Source: Alphaproteobacteria bacterium
Lineage (GTDB): Bacteria > Pseudomonadota > Alphaproteobacteria > UBA828
Direction of reading: 5' to 3'
NCBI GenBank assembly: GCA_965214705.1
Contig: CBDCCI010000002.1
Span: 2,080,001-2,144,000, forward strand
DNA length: 64,000 nt
Shown here: one piece after another, positions 29,432 through 38,894 of the stretch
Position numbering within the stretch: position 1 is the stretch's first letter
Layout: the number at the start of each line of letters is the position of its first letter
Notes under the pieces: model-generated
Databases searched by the model: none
The model's input: the letters and a program-made list of their open reading frames with translations, nothing else
Told to the model about the DNA's origin: nothing
Position numbers and translations under genes: made by a program

Positions 29432-30856
29432 CTAAGCCGTTGACATAGAGGCATTTGTGTTTTTGTTGTCGTCGTCGATCTCGACCAGTTGGAAGCCGAG
29501 CTTCTTGGCCTGTCGACGGAGCGAAGAGAACTTTCGGTCCAGGCGTCGGCTCTCGTAGACCTCCATCCCCTTCTCGGCATATTGCTGGCCGCGGGTCACC
29601 ATCAGGTAGATCAGGCAGGCGAGTTCTCGGGCGGTGGCGACAACGGCTACGCTGGTGTCCATCCGGGCGAGGCGGCTGCGGTGCTTGGCGCCGATGAAGG
29701 TTTGGCTGGTGCGAGCGGTCATGGCCGCCATGCGCAGTGCCTGGCCAACGCGGTTGACCACCTTGGGCCCCCGGCCCGGCAACGGTTTGCCGCCGCTGAT
29801 CCTGGTCCCAGGCGCCAGCCCCAGCCAGGAACTGAAGTGCTGTGCGGAGGGAAAGGCGGAGAAGTCAGGACCGATCTCGGCGGCGATCACCAGGGCAGTG
29901 TTGACGCCGACGGTGGGGATTGCGGTGAGATCGACCCCCATCATCTTATGCAGCGCCATAGCCATGGCCTTATCCTGCCCGCGGAGCGCCCTGCCGCTGC
30001 TGCTTGGGGTCTCGTTCGACGCCGTGCCCGATGATCCGACACTGGGAGTGTCCTCGGGCGTACCCTCATCCGTCGGATCGTCCGGCGGGGTCAGGTGCTC
30101 AACCTCCGCCATGATCCGCGCCTCGCAGTCCGCGATCTGCTGCTCCAGAAAGTCGTAGCGCTGCATCGCCTGCTCAAGCGCGAACAGGTGCTCCTCGCGC
30201 CAAGTGCCCTCCAGGCTCGCGGCAATCGTGTCGGCGCTGGCCTTGATCCGCCTGTCGCGAAGCGACGCCAGCCGCCCGGGGTCGCGCTCGCCGGCGATGA
30301 TCGCCCGCAGGATGCGCTCACCCGTCTTCCCCATGATATCGCTGATCACCGAGTCCAGACGCACGTTCATCTGGGTCAGCGCCTTCTGCATATGCAGCAC
30401 GCAGCGAGAGCGGTCCTCGATCAACTGCTTCGCCTGGCGCATGAAGGAGCGCAACGGGCAGATCGCGTCGCCCGGCCGGAAGGCGCCGCGCAGAAGGCCG
30501 TAGGACATCAGCTGCCAGATCCACTGGCAGTCCAGCACATCGCTCTTGCGCCCGCCGATCTGCTTCGTCATCCGGGGCGGCACAAGCATCACCTCGAAGC
30601 CGGCTCGATCCAGGACCTCGTAAACCGGGATCCAGTAGACCGAGGTCGACTCCATCGCCACCTTCGTCACACCGCACGACTTCAGCCACTCGGCCATCGC
30701 ATCCAGGTCGCGCGTGAACGCGCCGAACTCCCTCACCGGTTCCTCGGCTCGCTCCGGATCCACCGCCACGAAGTGCCGGTCCTTGCCGATGTCGATCCCG
30801 GCGCAATTCGGGTGCACTACCTTGAGGCGCTGCCTCCTTCTCCGCTTGCGCGCCAT
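29432..30856 (-). CDS. IS110 DEDD recombinase/transposase
   Basis: GIDIG, MESTS, KSDVLD, GLAPGTRISGG; start MARKRRR. Confidence 0.95.
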   Translation of the reverse strand: MARKRRRRQRLKVVHPNCAGIDIGKDRHFVAVDPERAEEPVREFGAFTRDLDAMAEWLKSCGVTKVAMESTSVYWIPVYEVLDRAGFEVMLVPPRMTKQIGGRKSDVLDCQWIWQLMSYGLLRGAFRPGDAICPLRSFMRQAKQLIEDRSRCVLHMQKALTQMNVRLDSVISDIMGKTGERILRAIIAGERDPGRLASLRDRRIKASADTIAASLEGTWREEHLFALEQAMQRYDFLEQQIADCEARIMAEVEHLTPPDDPTDEGTPEDTPSVGSSGTASNETPSSSGRALRGQDKAMAMALHKMMGVDLTAIPTVGVNTALVIAAEIGPDFSAFPSAQHFSSWLGLAPGTRISGGKPLPGRGPKVVNRVGQALRMAAMTARTSQTFIGAKHRSRLARMDTSVAVVATARELACLIYLMVTRGQQYAEKGMEVYESRRLDRKFSSLRRQAKKLGFQLVEIDDDNKNTNASMSTA

Positions 30857-30879
30857 CGAGAGCCCTCCCAAACTCCGTT

Positions 30880-31050
30880 GACGTTGCGGGTGGGGAGGAA
30901 CCGCGGCGAAGTCTCAATCTCTTGAACGAGGTCACGGGCGAACCCGCGCCATCAGTGACAGAAGCCGATCACGGTTCGGGCCAAGCTTCCAAACGGGTGC
31001 CCTCGCACGCCACTGAAGGGACGGCCTCGTCTGCCCTACCCGCTACCACT
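30880..31050 (-). ncRNA. Putative IS110 bridge RNA
   Basis: Nested stems (31034-31043 with 30886-30895; 31009-31016 with 30952-30959); 7-nt matches to target and donor that include the core; boundaries approximate. Confidence 0.7.
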
Positions 31051-31913
31051 TCACGCTTCAACCGTCGAAGACTCAACCCCAGTCGAAGACTCTACCCCCA
31101 GTTACTTCAGCGACTGAGCCGCTGCGCCGCAGTGGTGGTGGCTTCCAAGGCAGAGAAGCAGGTAATCGACCGCTTGGCATTCAGGCTCCATCGAGAATGC
31201 GGCAACGACCACATTGCCATAGCGCGAGAGTTTACCGTTCGAAAGAAGATACAACGCGTGGATCTTGCAATTGTTGAAAACAAGATGCCTCGCTTGTTCT
31301 TGGAAGCAAAAGCTATGCAGAGCTTCAATGTGAACTTGCCCGAGGAGGGGCGAGGGTATCCCGCGGCTATACGGGAAGATAAAGCAAAGCTAAAAGCGTA
31401 TAAGCCGCCAAGAGATCACACGAACCTCGACAAAGTCGTACTTCACCTAACCACTCACACTTCAAGTAAACCCGCCAAAAAATGGGATGGAGTTGTCAAG
31501 TATGCTGCACGCATTAGGAACTACAGACCCCAAAGTATTGACGAGCTAAAGAATAAACTAGATCAACAGCTGCCCAAGAAAACATTTCCCGTCTGCGCCT
31601 CTGGAGATATCCGAGGGGGTTGTGCATTCAGCATGAACGTGACCATTCATTTTCGCCTCTTCGGTCCCTACTGACTGTTGGCATGCGCTGTTGGCACGCA
31701 CTCAGAACTTGCCACCAACGAGGTACTAAACGGTCATGTCTAGTAACTGCCCAGGTTGTCTGATTTGTTATTTTGGGCAGTGAGTTGAGGGGCGGTTCGC
31801 TCGGAATTGGCGCGAAGGGCTTGACGGGAATTTCGGGAAATGATTCAACAACGACATGAGCAATCCCGAGTCGCCACACGGCCCTTCACCGGGGGCATCG
31901 CCCGAAACGCCCG

Positions 31914-32485
31914 TGCAAAATCTGGCCGCATTTGACCGTAGTTCTGGCGACATCTGACCGCGATTCCGGCGGCACTTGACCGTCGGAAGCCGGGTCTCGG
32001 GCCCGGCCCGATCGCCCTGCGGGCGCCATCGACATCCGTGTTCCCAGGCGCGCCGATCCTCTCCCGGCTCAGCCTCATCGATCCATCGATCGACTCGAGG
32101 AGGCAGGGCCCCAATGAAGAGGATCGACACCATGAGCATCAGGGACATCCTTCGGCACCATCACGACCTGGGCTTGCCCCGGGCGGAGATCGCGGTGGCC
32201 GTGAGCGTGAGCGCGGGGACAGTATCGAACGTCCTGGAGCGCGCGCAGGCGGCGGGTCTGTCATGGCCATTGCCGTCCGACCTCGACGATGACGGGCTGC
32301 GCGCGCGCCTGTATCCGCCGGCGCCGCGCGAGAGCGGGTATGCACAGCCGGACTGGGATGATGTGCTCCGTGAGCTTCGAGCCAAGCGCAAGCGGCGCCG
32401 GGTCCGTGTGACGCGCCGCAAGCTCTGGGAGGAGTATCGCGACGAGGCCCAGGCCCAGGGCGGGAAGGCGTACAGCTACAGATCC
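31914..32485 (+). pseudogene. istA: Truncated IS21 (IS408-like) left end and istA N-terminus (ATG 32114)
   Basis: TG start followed by three ~22-bp TC(T/C)GGC...TGACCG repeats; AAGLSWPLP...RARLYP...PDW...LWEEY. Confidence 0.8.
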
Positions 32486-32657
32486 TATAAGGCGACTCGG
32501 AGACCGGCGCTACGGTGCCGTCCTCTCTAGCTTTCATCAGGAGATAGGAATGTCCTCCACAAATGTGCAATCATCAGGCAGGTGGGTGGGGCGGTCAGCG
32601 CGCGTGCGTGCCTTCTCCCCGGTTCCCTTCCGGTTAGAATTGGTTCCTTCCGGTTCG

Positions 32658-32720
32658 GTGGACTCTGTGTCCGGTATCTTGGACAGAGAGTCCGGAGTCC
32701 GGGACACAGTGTCCGGTATC
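32658..32720. repeat. 21-bp-period iteron-like repeats inside the replication gene
   Basis: Minus strand ATACCGGACACTGTGTCCCGG / ACTCCGGACTCTCTGTCCAAG / ATACCGGACACAGAGTCCACC, plus one more CCGGACAC near 32755. Confidence 0.7.
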
Positions 32721-32806
32721 GTTGGCGGAGAAGACGGTGCTTCACCGGGCTCCGTGTCCGGCTTCGGGTGCAAGCTCAGGCGGTAGGCCTTGCCCCGGCC
32801 TCGAGC

Positions 32807-35154
32807 CTCTCAACTACCCACTGTTGAGTCAGTTCCATGTTTGATCATGTCCAGGTCCTTCAAGGCACGGTAGGTGAGGGTGGCGTGTCGCAGGTAGACG
32901 TAGCCCTTCCAGAGCAGTTGGGTTCCCGGCAGGGGCTGCCGTTTTCGTGGATCGAAGCCGGCGAACCTGGCGACATCGATGACGAAGGTGCGGATGTCCG
33001 GGGGCTTGTCGGGCGGCGGACGGGCGCGAACCATGCCGTAGGCCATCAGCCTGATGTAGAGGATGGCGATTTCGTCGTCCGAGACGACGTGGTTGGCCGG
33101 GGTGTCCGGCTTGTCGCGCGCGATGCGTTCGAGATCGAAGACGTGGCAGGCGGTGATGGCATCGAAGGCGACACACTTTCGCAGGTCGTCGGCGTGGTCG
33201 AGCTTTCGGTCCTCGACGCGGGTGCCGGTCTTCAGAACCTTGAAGTACTCCTCGATGGTCCATCGGCGCTCGTACCAGGTGACGACGGTCTGGGCGGTCT
33301 CGGCGTCGGCGCTGCCCTCGGTGCTCAGCAGCAGCCAGTTGAGCGGGTCCTTGCCGGCGGGCGGGTCGGGTTCGGTCGCGGACACGACGAGCATGTCGAC
33401 CGGCTCCCGGCTCTCGGCGTCGCGCGGTGGCGCCAGACTGACCCTGGCGGCGCGCAGCTCCAGCGTTGCCGTGCGCCTGGACCGCGCCCGCTTGCCGCCG
33501 CAGGCGCCGATCTCCACGGTCTTGCCGGCAAGGCGCGGGAGAGCGGCGACATGCTCCCACACGCTCTCCTCCTCGCCGCTCTCAAGGATCACCCGCCGCT
33601 GTGCCGACCGGCGCGCGCGCACCAGCAGCGCCGCGCCTTGCGATGCGGCCCTGGTGAGCAACGCCCAGATGTCGCCCTCCCGGTCGCAGACCGTGACCAC
33701 CCGCGTCGCAGGGCAGGCGCGGGCCAACTCCTGCGCCCGCTCGTGCCCGCGCAGCCAGCGTTCACTCTCGATTTCCCTGTCGTCGCCGTCGCGGAAGCTC
33801 GCATCAAGGGCGAACACGCCGAGCGGCCGCCCGGCCGCGTTGAGCGCCAGACCCACATGCGCCACCAGTCCGCACGTGCCCTTGCCGCCGCCGCCCACCC
33901 CGACGAGGCCTTCGGTCGCTTTGAGCCCGTCGTAGTTCAGCGTGGTGGTGTCCTGGATCGCGAGAACGATGTCCTCAAGCTGGCAGCGCTCCACCATCGT
34001 TGCCCGGTGCGGCTCCAGGATGTGCTCCATGCTCACCTTCCCGCTCGACAGCAGCCGGTAGGCCGCCTTGCGCTCCGGCCGGGCCGGAAAGATCGCCGGG
34101 ATCGCGGCCCCCGGGCGCTCCAGCCACGCCCGTCCCATGCGCTCGATCCGATCGCGGACCCGGCCGTCAGGATGCGTGCTGCGCGCATATTCCCGCCCCG
34201 CCCAGTCCGTGTCCTCGTCCATGTGCAACGCCGGCGCCGCACGGATGTCCCGGGCCGGCTCGGCGCACAAGATGGCCTGCCAATCCGCCGCCAGCGGCTT
34301 CATCCACACCGTCCGCGCCGCCCCGGCGGCGGACCCCGGCGGCTGGCCCGAGGTGTGCTGGGAACAGCACCGCCAGCCCGCCGCCCGGTAGCAGGTGCCG
34401 GCATGCTCGGGGCCGACATAGCTGTAGGCCAGGACCGGCCGCGCCCTGTAGGCCGTCTCCCAGTCCGCCGCCACGCGCCCGGCCGCCAGCTCCAGCACCC
34501 GCGAGGCCAGACCGTGGACGCGCACGCCGGGCAGAAGCAGGAAGCGATGGTTGTTGATCAGGAGCGGCAGGTTCAAAGCCCGCGCGTCCGCCGACCAGCC
34601 GATAAAGTCGTCGCGCGCCTTCTGGTGCCAGCTCGCGGCGCAAAACCCGATGCCGCCGAGGCGGCCGTGAAGCGAGGAACGCACCCAGTAGCGCAGCTGC
34701 CCGCCCGGAGCCCGCGCCCAGCCTTGCGGGTGGTGCGTCGCAATCATCGCTTGCCACAGTTGCCGCTCGGCATCGCCGTCGACCGGCTCCAGTGTCACCG
34801 AGCCCAGATCCGCAAGCCGGCAGCGAAGCGAAAGGTCGGGGTAGGCTTCGATGGGCGCACTCTCGCGACGCCCCCGGCCGAACGCCGCCCGCGCCGCCGG
34901 CAGCGCGAGCCCGAGCTTGTCCGCCAGAACCGGCAGAGCCTTGCGCGCGGACGCAAGACAGTGCTCGCCCCGATCGCCGGTCCAGTCCTCAAGCGCGCAG
35001 AGATCGCGGGCAAGAGAACTGCGAGTGCGGCCCTCCTCCAGGACCGCCTTGCTCAACCACTCGATCGTGTCGGCGTGAAACTGGTGAAGGCCAACTTGCA
35101 TGGCACGACATGTAGCCCACACCACTCATTGAGTCAACTGTGGACCGGTGTGAG
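32807..35154 (-). mobile_element. IS4-family (IS50/Tn5-like) element
   Basis: Imperfect 25-bp IR (18/25); 9-bp TSD GCCTCGAGC (32798-32806, 35155-35163). Confidence 0.88.
32810..35125 (-). CDS. IS4 transposase with N-terminal DUF4338 (DruA-like) domain
   Basis: N-terminal GQLRYWV...WHQKARDDFIGW...NNHRFLLLP...GTCYRAAGW; C-terminal AIQDTT, VCDREGD, YERRWTIEEYFKVLKTG. Confidence 0.85.
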   Translation of the reverse strand: MVWATCRAMQVGLHQFHADTIEWLSKAVLEEGRTRSSLARDLCALEDWTGDRGEHCLASARKALPVLADKLGLALPAARAAFGRGRRESAPIEAYPDLSLRCRLADLGSVTLEPVDGDAERQLWQAMIATHHPQGWARAPGGQLRYWVRSSLHGRLGGIGFCAASWHQKARDDFIGWSADARALNLPLLINNHRFLLLPGVRVHGLASRVLELAAGRVAADWETAYRARPVLAYSYVGPEHAGTCYRAAGWRCCSQHTSGQPPGSAAGAARTVWMKPLAADWQAILCAEPARDIRAAPALHMDEDTDWAGREYARSTHPDGRVRDRIERMGRAWLERPGAAIPAIFPARPERKAAYRLLSSGKVSMEHILEPHRATMVERCQLEDIVLAIQDTTTLNYDGLKATEGLVGVGGGGKGTCGLVAHVGLALNAAGRPLGVFALDASFRDGDDREIESERWLRGHERAQELARACPATRVVTVCDREGDIWALLTRAASQGAALLVRARRSAQRRVILESGEEESVWEHVAALPRLAGKTVEIGACGGKRARSRRTATLELRAARVSLAPPRDAESREPVDMLVVSATEPDPPAGKDPLNWLLLSTEGSADAETAQTVVTWYERRWTIEEYFKVLKTGTRVEDRKLDHADDLRKCVAFDAITACHVFDLERIARDKPDTPANHVVSDDEIAILYIRLMAYGMVRARPPPDKPPDIRTFVIDVARFAGFDPRKRQPLPGTQLLWKGYVYLRHATLTYRALKDLDMIKHGTDSTVGS

Positions 35155-35466
35155 GCCTCGAGCCCGACGGGCGATCAGTCCGGCCGCCTCGAGCGCTTCC
35201 AGGTGCCGGCGCACCGATCGCTCGTTCATCTCGGTCTCGGCCGCGATGGTCTCAATCGCGGGAAACGGATCGGTGCCGGTCTCGTCGTTGTGATGGTCGG
35301 CGAGCGACAGAAGCACGAGCTTCGCCATGGGCGAGCCAACGCGCTGCCTGAACGCCCAGGTCATCGCGCGAACGCTCACGGAACGAATCCGGCTTGTTTC
35401 CGCACGCGCGTGCGGTTATCCGGGGTTCCGGAGAAGGGCGGGAGGCGGCCAAGTGATTGAAATAAA

Positions 35467-35511
35467 TGGTCGGAGTGAGTGGATTTGAACCACCGACCCC
35501 CGCCTCCCGAA
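35467..35511 (-). repeat. att core: 45-bp duplicate of the tRNA-Pro 3' end
   Basis: Identical to 47594-47638. Confidence 0.95.
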
Positions 35512-35612
35512 CACCTATCCATACCGTTTGTTCTCGCTATAGTCGCCGCTTTTGCGCCGTTTCGTTCTCATTCGCGCCCGTTCACGAGGCAGGTTTCTGC
35601 CCCATGGGGCAG

Positions 35613-36653
35613 TTATGACGCCCTTCCCGGGCGCCGGCCCATCGCCTCGACGGCGCTCTCCATATGCGCCGGGTGATGGTGCCCGTAGGTCGACTCGAGC
35701 ATGTCCACAGTCAGGCCGAAGAAGCCCGCCGCGTGCCAGCGATCGGCGCCGTTCTGCATCGCCCACGTGATCGCGGTGTGCCGTAGATCGTGCTTGGTCG
35801 CATGAGCGATGCCCGACTCGTTGAGCGCCGTTCGCCATGCTGTCTTGAGGCTCGCGACGCGCGCCCCCTTCACTTCCACGACGTGACGGGCGCCGAGTCG
35901 TTCCCACCGCTGCAGGTGCGCGAGGAGTCGGCGCGGCACTGGCACGGGCGGGGTCCGTTTCGTGGTCTCGACTTCGCCAGCCGCGCGGCGGTAGAGAACG
36001 CCCTTGTCAGTGTCCACCCATCCGCCGGACGTGTTCGGCATGTACTGGAGTCGCAAGATCGATTCCGTTCTCGTGCCGGTGTAGAGGGCTACAAGGATGA
36101 ACCGGGCAAGGTGCCGAGCCTTGGGGTTGCGGTAGGCAGCCCGGATCAACTTTGCCGCTTCCCCCCGGCTTAGCCAGCGATCACGGGGTGCTGGCTTGGC
36201 CGGGAGACGGACGCGGGGCGCCGACGTGATGTAGCCCTCCGCGTGGCAGTGATTGATCGCCGCCGCTAGGGTGCCTAGCTCTTTTCGGATCGTGCCGGGC
36301 GCCCGGTTGCGAGCCTTGCCGTATCGCCGGCAGACCTCGCCAGTGATCGTCGATAGGGGCAGCGGCCCCAAGATCGGCACTAGAGCCCGGATGCAATCGC
36401 CGATCCGGGCGGGGTCTTTGACGTGTGGCGCCCGTTCACGTGCGTAGATGTCGAGCGCTCGAGCGACCGTCACCCGATCCGGTGCACTTGGGCCGGTGGG
36501 CCGGTCTCGTTGTGCGATGTACGCCGCAAGGGCTTGCTCAGCTTCGCTGCGCTCGCCAGTGCCTGTTGACACTCGGTGCTCGCCGTCGCGGATGATGAAG
36601 ACGCTCCGGTCCGCGCGGTATTGGAGGCGCGCTCCTTTGCTTGGTCTCGACAT
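35613..36653 (-). CDS. int: Phage integrase (tyrosine recombinase)
   Basis: LYTGTR, HDLRHTAITW, YGHH. Confidence 0.93.
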   Translation of the reverse strand: MSRPSKGARLQYRADRSVFIIRDGEHRVSTGTGERSEAEQALAAYIAQRDRPTGPSAPDRVTVARALDIYARERAPHVKDPARIGDCIRALVPILGPLPLSTITGEVCRRYGKARNRAPGTIRKELGTLAAAINHCHAEGYITSAPRVRLPAKPAPRDRWLSRGEAAKLIRAAYRNPKARHLARFILVALYTGTRTESILRLQYMPNTSGGWVDTDKGVLYRRAAGEVETTKRTPPVPVPRRLLAHLQRWERLGARHVVEVKGARVASLKTAWRTALNESGIAHATKHDLRHTAITWAMQNGADRWHAAGFFGLTVDMLESTYGHHHPAHMESAVEAMGRRPGRAS

Positions 36654-36808
36654 AGCCTCACAAGCTCCTCTAGGTCGTTCGGGTCGATGCGGATGGCCCG
36701 GCCCATCCTCACCAACAAACCGTGCTCCTCGGCTGCCCTACGAAGGGCAGCGCGCGGCACGCCAAGCAAGGAGGCGGCTTCGGCGATGGTGAGGAGGCGG
36801 CCCGGCAT
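36470..36808 (-). CDS. Excisionase-like HTH protein
   Basis: LLTIAEAASLLGV...IRIDPNDLE; overlaps the int start. Confidence 0.8.
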   Translation of the reverse strand: MPGRLLTIAEAASLLGVPRAALRRAAEEHGLLVRMGRAIRIDPNDLEELVRLCRDQAKERASNTARTGASSSSATASTECQQALASAAKLSKPLRRTSHNETGPPAQVHRIG

Positions 36809-36812
36809 CGAG

Positions 36813-37187
36813 CTACTGCATCAACGGCGCAATCGCTTCGCGATCTACCTTTGGAGGCGTCAACGTGATCGGATCGCGTCCGTCGATCTGGACGATGTAA
36901 CCGCCGTCATCCGTCTGTCTTGCGCCGACCGCATCGACGCCAACCATTCGCAGGGCATCGACGGCGCCCGTCATGACGGCCTTGTCCATCAACGCTTGCA
37001 CTTGGTCGAGCGGCAACAGGCGACCTTCGCAACGTTCGATCATTAGAGCGAGTCCACCCGAGAGAACGTCCTGCACGGACAGCCGCACATTGCCCGGCGT
37101 GGCCCGCTCAAATGCGTCAATGGCTTGGTCGATCAGGTCGCTGCGCGCCCGGCACGTACGAAATTTCGGCGCTTCACGCTTGGGCAT
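36813..37187 (-). CDS. Hypothetical protein
   Basis: AGGAGG RBS; co-oriented with xis and int. Confidence 0.65.
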   Translation of the reverse strand: MPKREAPKFRTCRARSDLIDQAIDAFERATPGNVRLSVQDVLSGGLALMIERCEGRLLPLDQVQALMDKAVMTGAVDALRMVGVDAVGARQTDDGGYIVQIDGRDPITLTPPKVDREAIAPLMQ

Positions 37188-37191
37188 AGAA

Positions 37192-37240
37192 CCCTCCTAA
37201 TAGGATTATACAAGTATGTAGCATTTTTTATCGTATTGTA
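37192..37240 (-). promoter_or_regulatory. AT-rich promoter for the orf-xis-int operon
   Basis: TATAAT (37205-37210, minus strand) followed by AGGAGG. Confidence 0.6.
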
Positions 37241-37459
37241 TCAACTCCGCTGTTCGGCACGACGAAGGTAGGCGGCACGATTGCGAACAGCCGGCTCTGT
37301 CCGGCCAAGCTCCCGCGCCAGCCATCGCCAATCTGGGTGCGCAAGGTCGAGGCGCGCCCGCACCGCGTCATCTTCTGCCCGCGTCCAGTGCCGCAGGTTC
37401 GGATTGCCCGAGCGGCCGGGTCGCCAGCGTGGCGAGTAAGCGCGTTGCGTCTCTCTCAT
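37241..37459 (-). CDS. Small Myb/HTH-like DNA-binding protein
   Basis: WTRAEDDAV...WRWLARELGRTEPAVRNR; overlaps the portal stop. Confidence 0.65.
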   Translation of the reverse strand: MRETQRAYSPRWRPGRSGNPNLRHWTRAEDDAVRARLDLAHPDWRWLARELGRTEPAVRNRAAYLRRAEQRS

Positions 37460-38529
37460 GCTTCATCCCCCGCAATCAGCCCCGACGTGGCCAACGCTTC
37501 GTTCACTGCAACGCCCCCGGCCACCAACTTTTGAAACGCCTGCGCACGCCCGGCCAAGTCGAGTGGATACGAGTCGAAGCGCAACTTGATCGGCGTTTCG
37601 AGCTTCGCGGCAAGCTCATACTCAAGCTGCCTCGCGAGCGGCAGCACGGTCCCAAGGTGCCACTGCCGTAGCGCCTCACGTTTGCTCGTGCCGTCCGAGG
37701 CGTCGAACAGCGCCGGGCTGCATCCGCACGCCGCCAGCATTCGGGCGAACGCTTGGTCTGCCAAGTTCACCTGAGCTTCGGGAGCGGCCGGCCCAAGTCG
37801 ACTCGGACGCCAATCGCGGTGCGGCGCCGCAGCCTGCCCGTCTCCCCACGCCGCCGCCGTCGTCTCGACCAGCAGCGCCTTGCCTCGCGCCTTGCCGATA
37901 TCGAGCTTGAGCTTGGCGAGCGGGTCTTCGTCTTCGTCGCCGTCGCCGCCGTCCTGCGGAATGGATACCAGCTGTGCCAGCGGTCCGCCGGCTTCGTCGG
38001 CAAGAGAGCGCTCGACTTCGCTTTGCAGCCGCGCCGTCGTGGATGCCCAACTCGTCGGCGCGAGGCCGTGATACGGCCGTGCCGTCGAAGTTCCCCATGT
38101 GCAGAAAACGACGGATGCCATGGGTAGGCGCCAAGTGAAAGAACCGTCCGGCCCGTAGGCCGTCGCCGTCACTGTCCAAACGTTCGGATAAACCCCGCCC
38201 GACCAATACCACGTGCTGCACGGCACCAGGTCGACGCGGCCCATGTCGCCCATGCGGATCGCGTGGAGCGTTTCGCCGACGCGGACCAAATCACGCCCCA
38301 TCCGGCCCAGGACGGTCGGCGTGATCGATTCCTGCGCCCAGGCTTCCCCGACTACCTCGGCACTCGCAAAGGCTCTGCTGAGCGCCCCCGCGGCCGCCTC
38401 GATGGCAGCGGTGGAGCTTGCATCCGCAATGGTGGCGGACGCCTGCGACGCGGCCAACTGCATGAGTGCGTCGGTGTAGCCGCTTGCAGACTGGCGGGCT
38501 TCGGGCTTCGGCTGCCACGGCCAGCGCAT
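37456..38529 (-). CDS. Phage portal protein
   Basis: MRWPW start, AAIEAAAGALSRAFAS, HGLAP, TVLPLARQLEYEL..KL, VNEA; position in the head cluster. Confidence 0.8.
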   Translation of the reverse strand: MRWPWQPKPEARQSASGYTDALMQLAASQASATIADASSTAAIEAAAGALSRAFASAEVVGEAWAQESITPTVLGRMGRDLVRVGETLHAIRMGDMGRVDLVPCSTWYWSGGVYPNVWTVTATAYGPDGSFTWRLPMASVVFCTWGTSTARPYHGLAPTSWASTTARLQSEVERSLADEAGGPLAQLVSIPQDGGDGDEDEDPLAKLKLDIGKARGKALLVETTAAAWGDGQAAAPHRDWRPSRLGPAAPEAQVNLADQAFARMLAACGCSPALFDASDGTSKREALRQWHLGTVLPLARQLEYELAAKLETPIKLRFDSYPLDLAGRAQAFQKLVAGGVAVNEALATSGLIAGDEA

Positions 38530-38894
38530 CAACCGATCGCTCCCGCGCGGCGCACCTTCCACGGCGCTAAGAGCGCCTTCGCCCCAGAGTGCCGAAACGC
38601 CATGCCGTGATTGGCAGCGTGCTCGAAGCGAACTTCGCCCACTTGCTCCGCACGCACCCCGCCAAATTCAGACTGCGCTAGGTAGCCTGCGAAGCGGATT
38701 ACGGCTTCATCCTTGATCGCCTGCGGAGCGCCGGGCGCTTCCTTTTCGACGAACGCCCCCGCCATGGCGCCAAGCGAACTGGCGCGCTCATCGTCTTCGG
38801 CCGCGCCCGCCACCGCGGCCTTGAGGCGAGCGATTGCAGCCGACGATGCAACCGGCGTGGTAGGCCACGGGCTTAGCGCCTGCGCTACAGCCAT
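38529..38894 (-). CDS. Head-tail connector (gp6-like)
   Basis: APQAIKDEAVIRFAGYL...ALLAPWKVRR. Confidence 0.7.
   Translation of the reverse strand: MAVAQALSPWPTTPVASSAAIARLKAAVAGAAEDDERASSLGAMAGAFVEKEAPGAPQAIKDEAVIRFAGYLAQSEFGGVRAEQVGEVRFEHAANHGMAFRHSGAKALLAPWKVRRAGAIG

Larger units (their letters stand above)
29416..31143 (-). mobile_element. IS110-family element
   Basis: CT dinucleotide core at both junctions (29414-29415, 31142-31143); removal restores the host ORF; long non-coding end upstream of the recombinase. Confidence 0.9.
29320..31674 (+). pseudogene. PD-(D/E)XK nuclease-like gene (208 aa when joined) interrupted by IS110
   Basis: MTNIDW...ELAYLALT (to 29415) joins SKAEKQVIDRLAF (from 31144) in frame; RVDLAIV...LFLEAK motif. 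Confidence 0.75.
32537..35379 (-). pseudogene. Phage-type replication initiator (N-terminal HTH) interrupted by IS4, 3' end probably truncated
   Basis: MSVRAMTWAF...KLVLLSLADHHND...PAIETIAAETEMNERSVRRHL; ARRARG|RGKAYRL rejoins in frame across the IS4. Confidence 0.78.

Noticed and set aside
32486-32569. Possible end of another IS (…GGAATGTCCTCCACAAATGTGCA) joining the IS21 fragment to the rep gene
   Set aside because: No partner IR, TSD or transposase in the window, so it cannot be assigned.
32650-32770. GTGTCCGG repeats as an IS21 right end or a CRISPR array
   Set aside because: They are in frame within the replication gene with a 21-bp period and have no unique spacers; iterons fit better.
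32810-35125. Druantia defence system
   Set aside because: The DUF4338 domain is fused to a transposase inside IS ends, and no DruE helicase or other dru genes are present.
35467-35511. Second tRNA-Pro gene
   Set aside because: Only the 3' 45 nt are present; it is the att duplicate.
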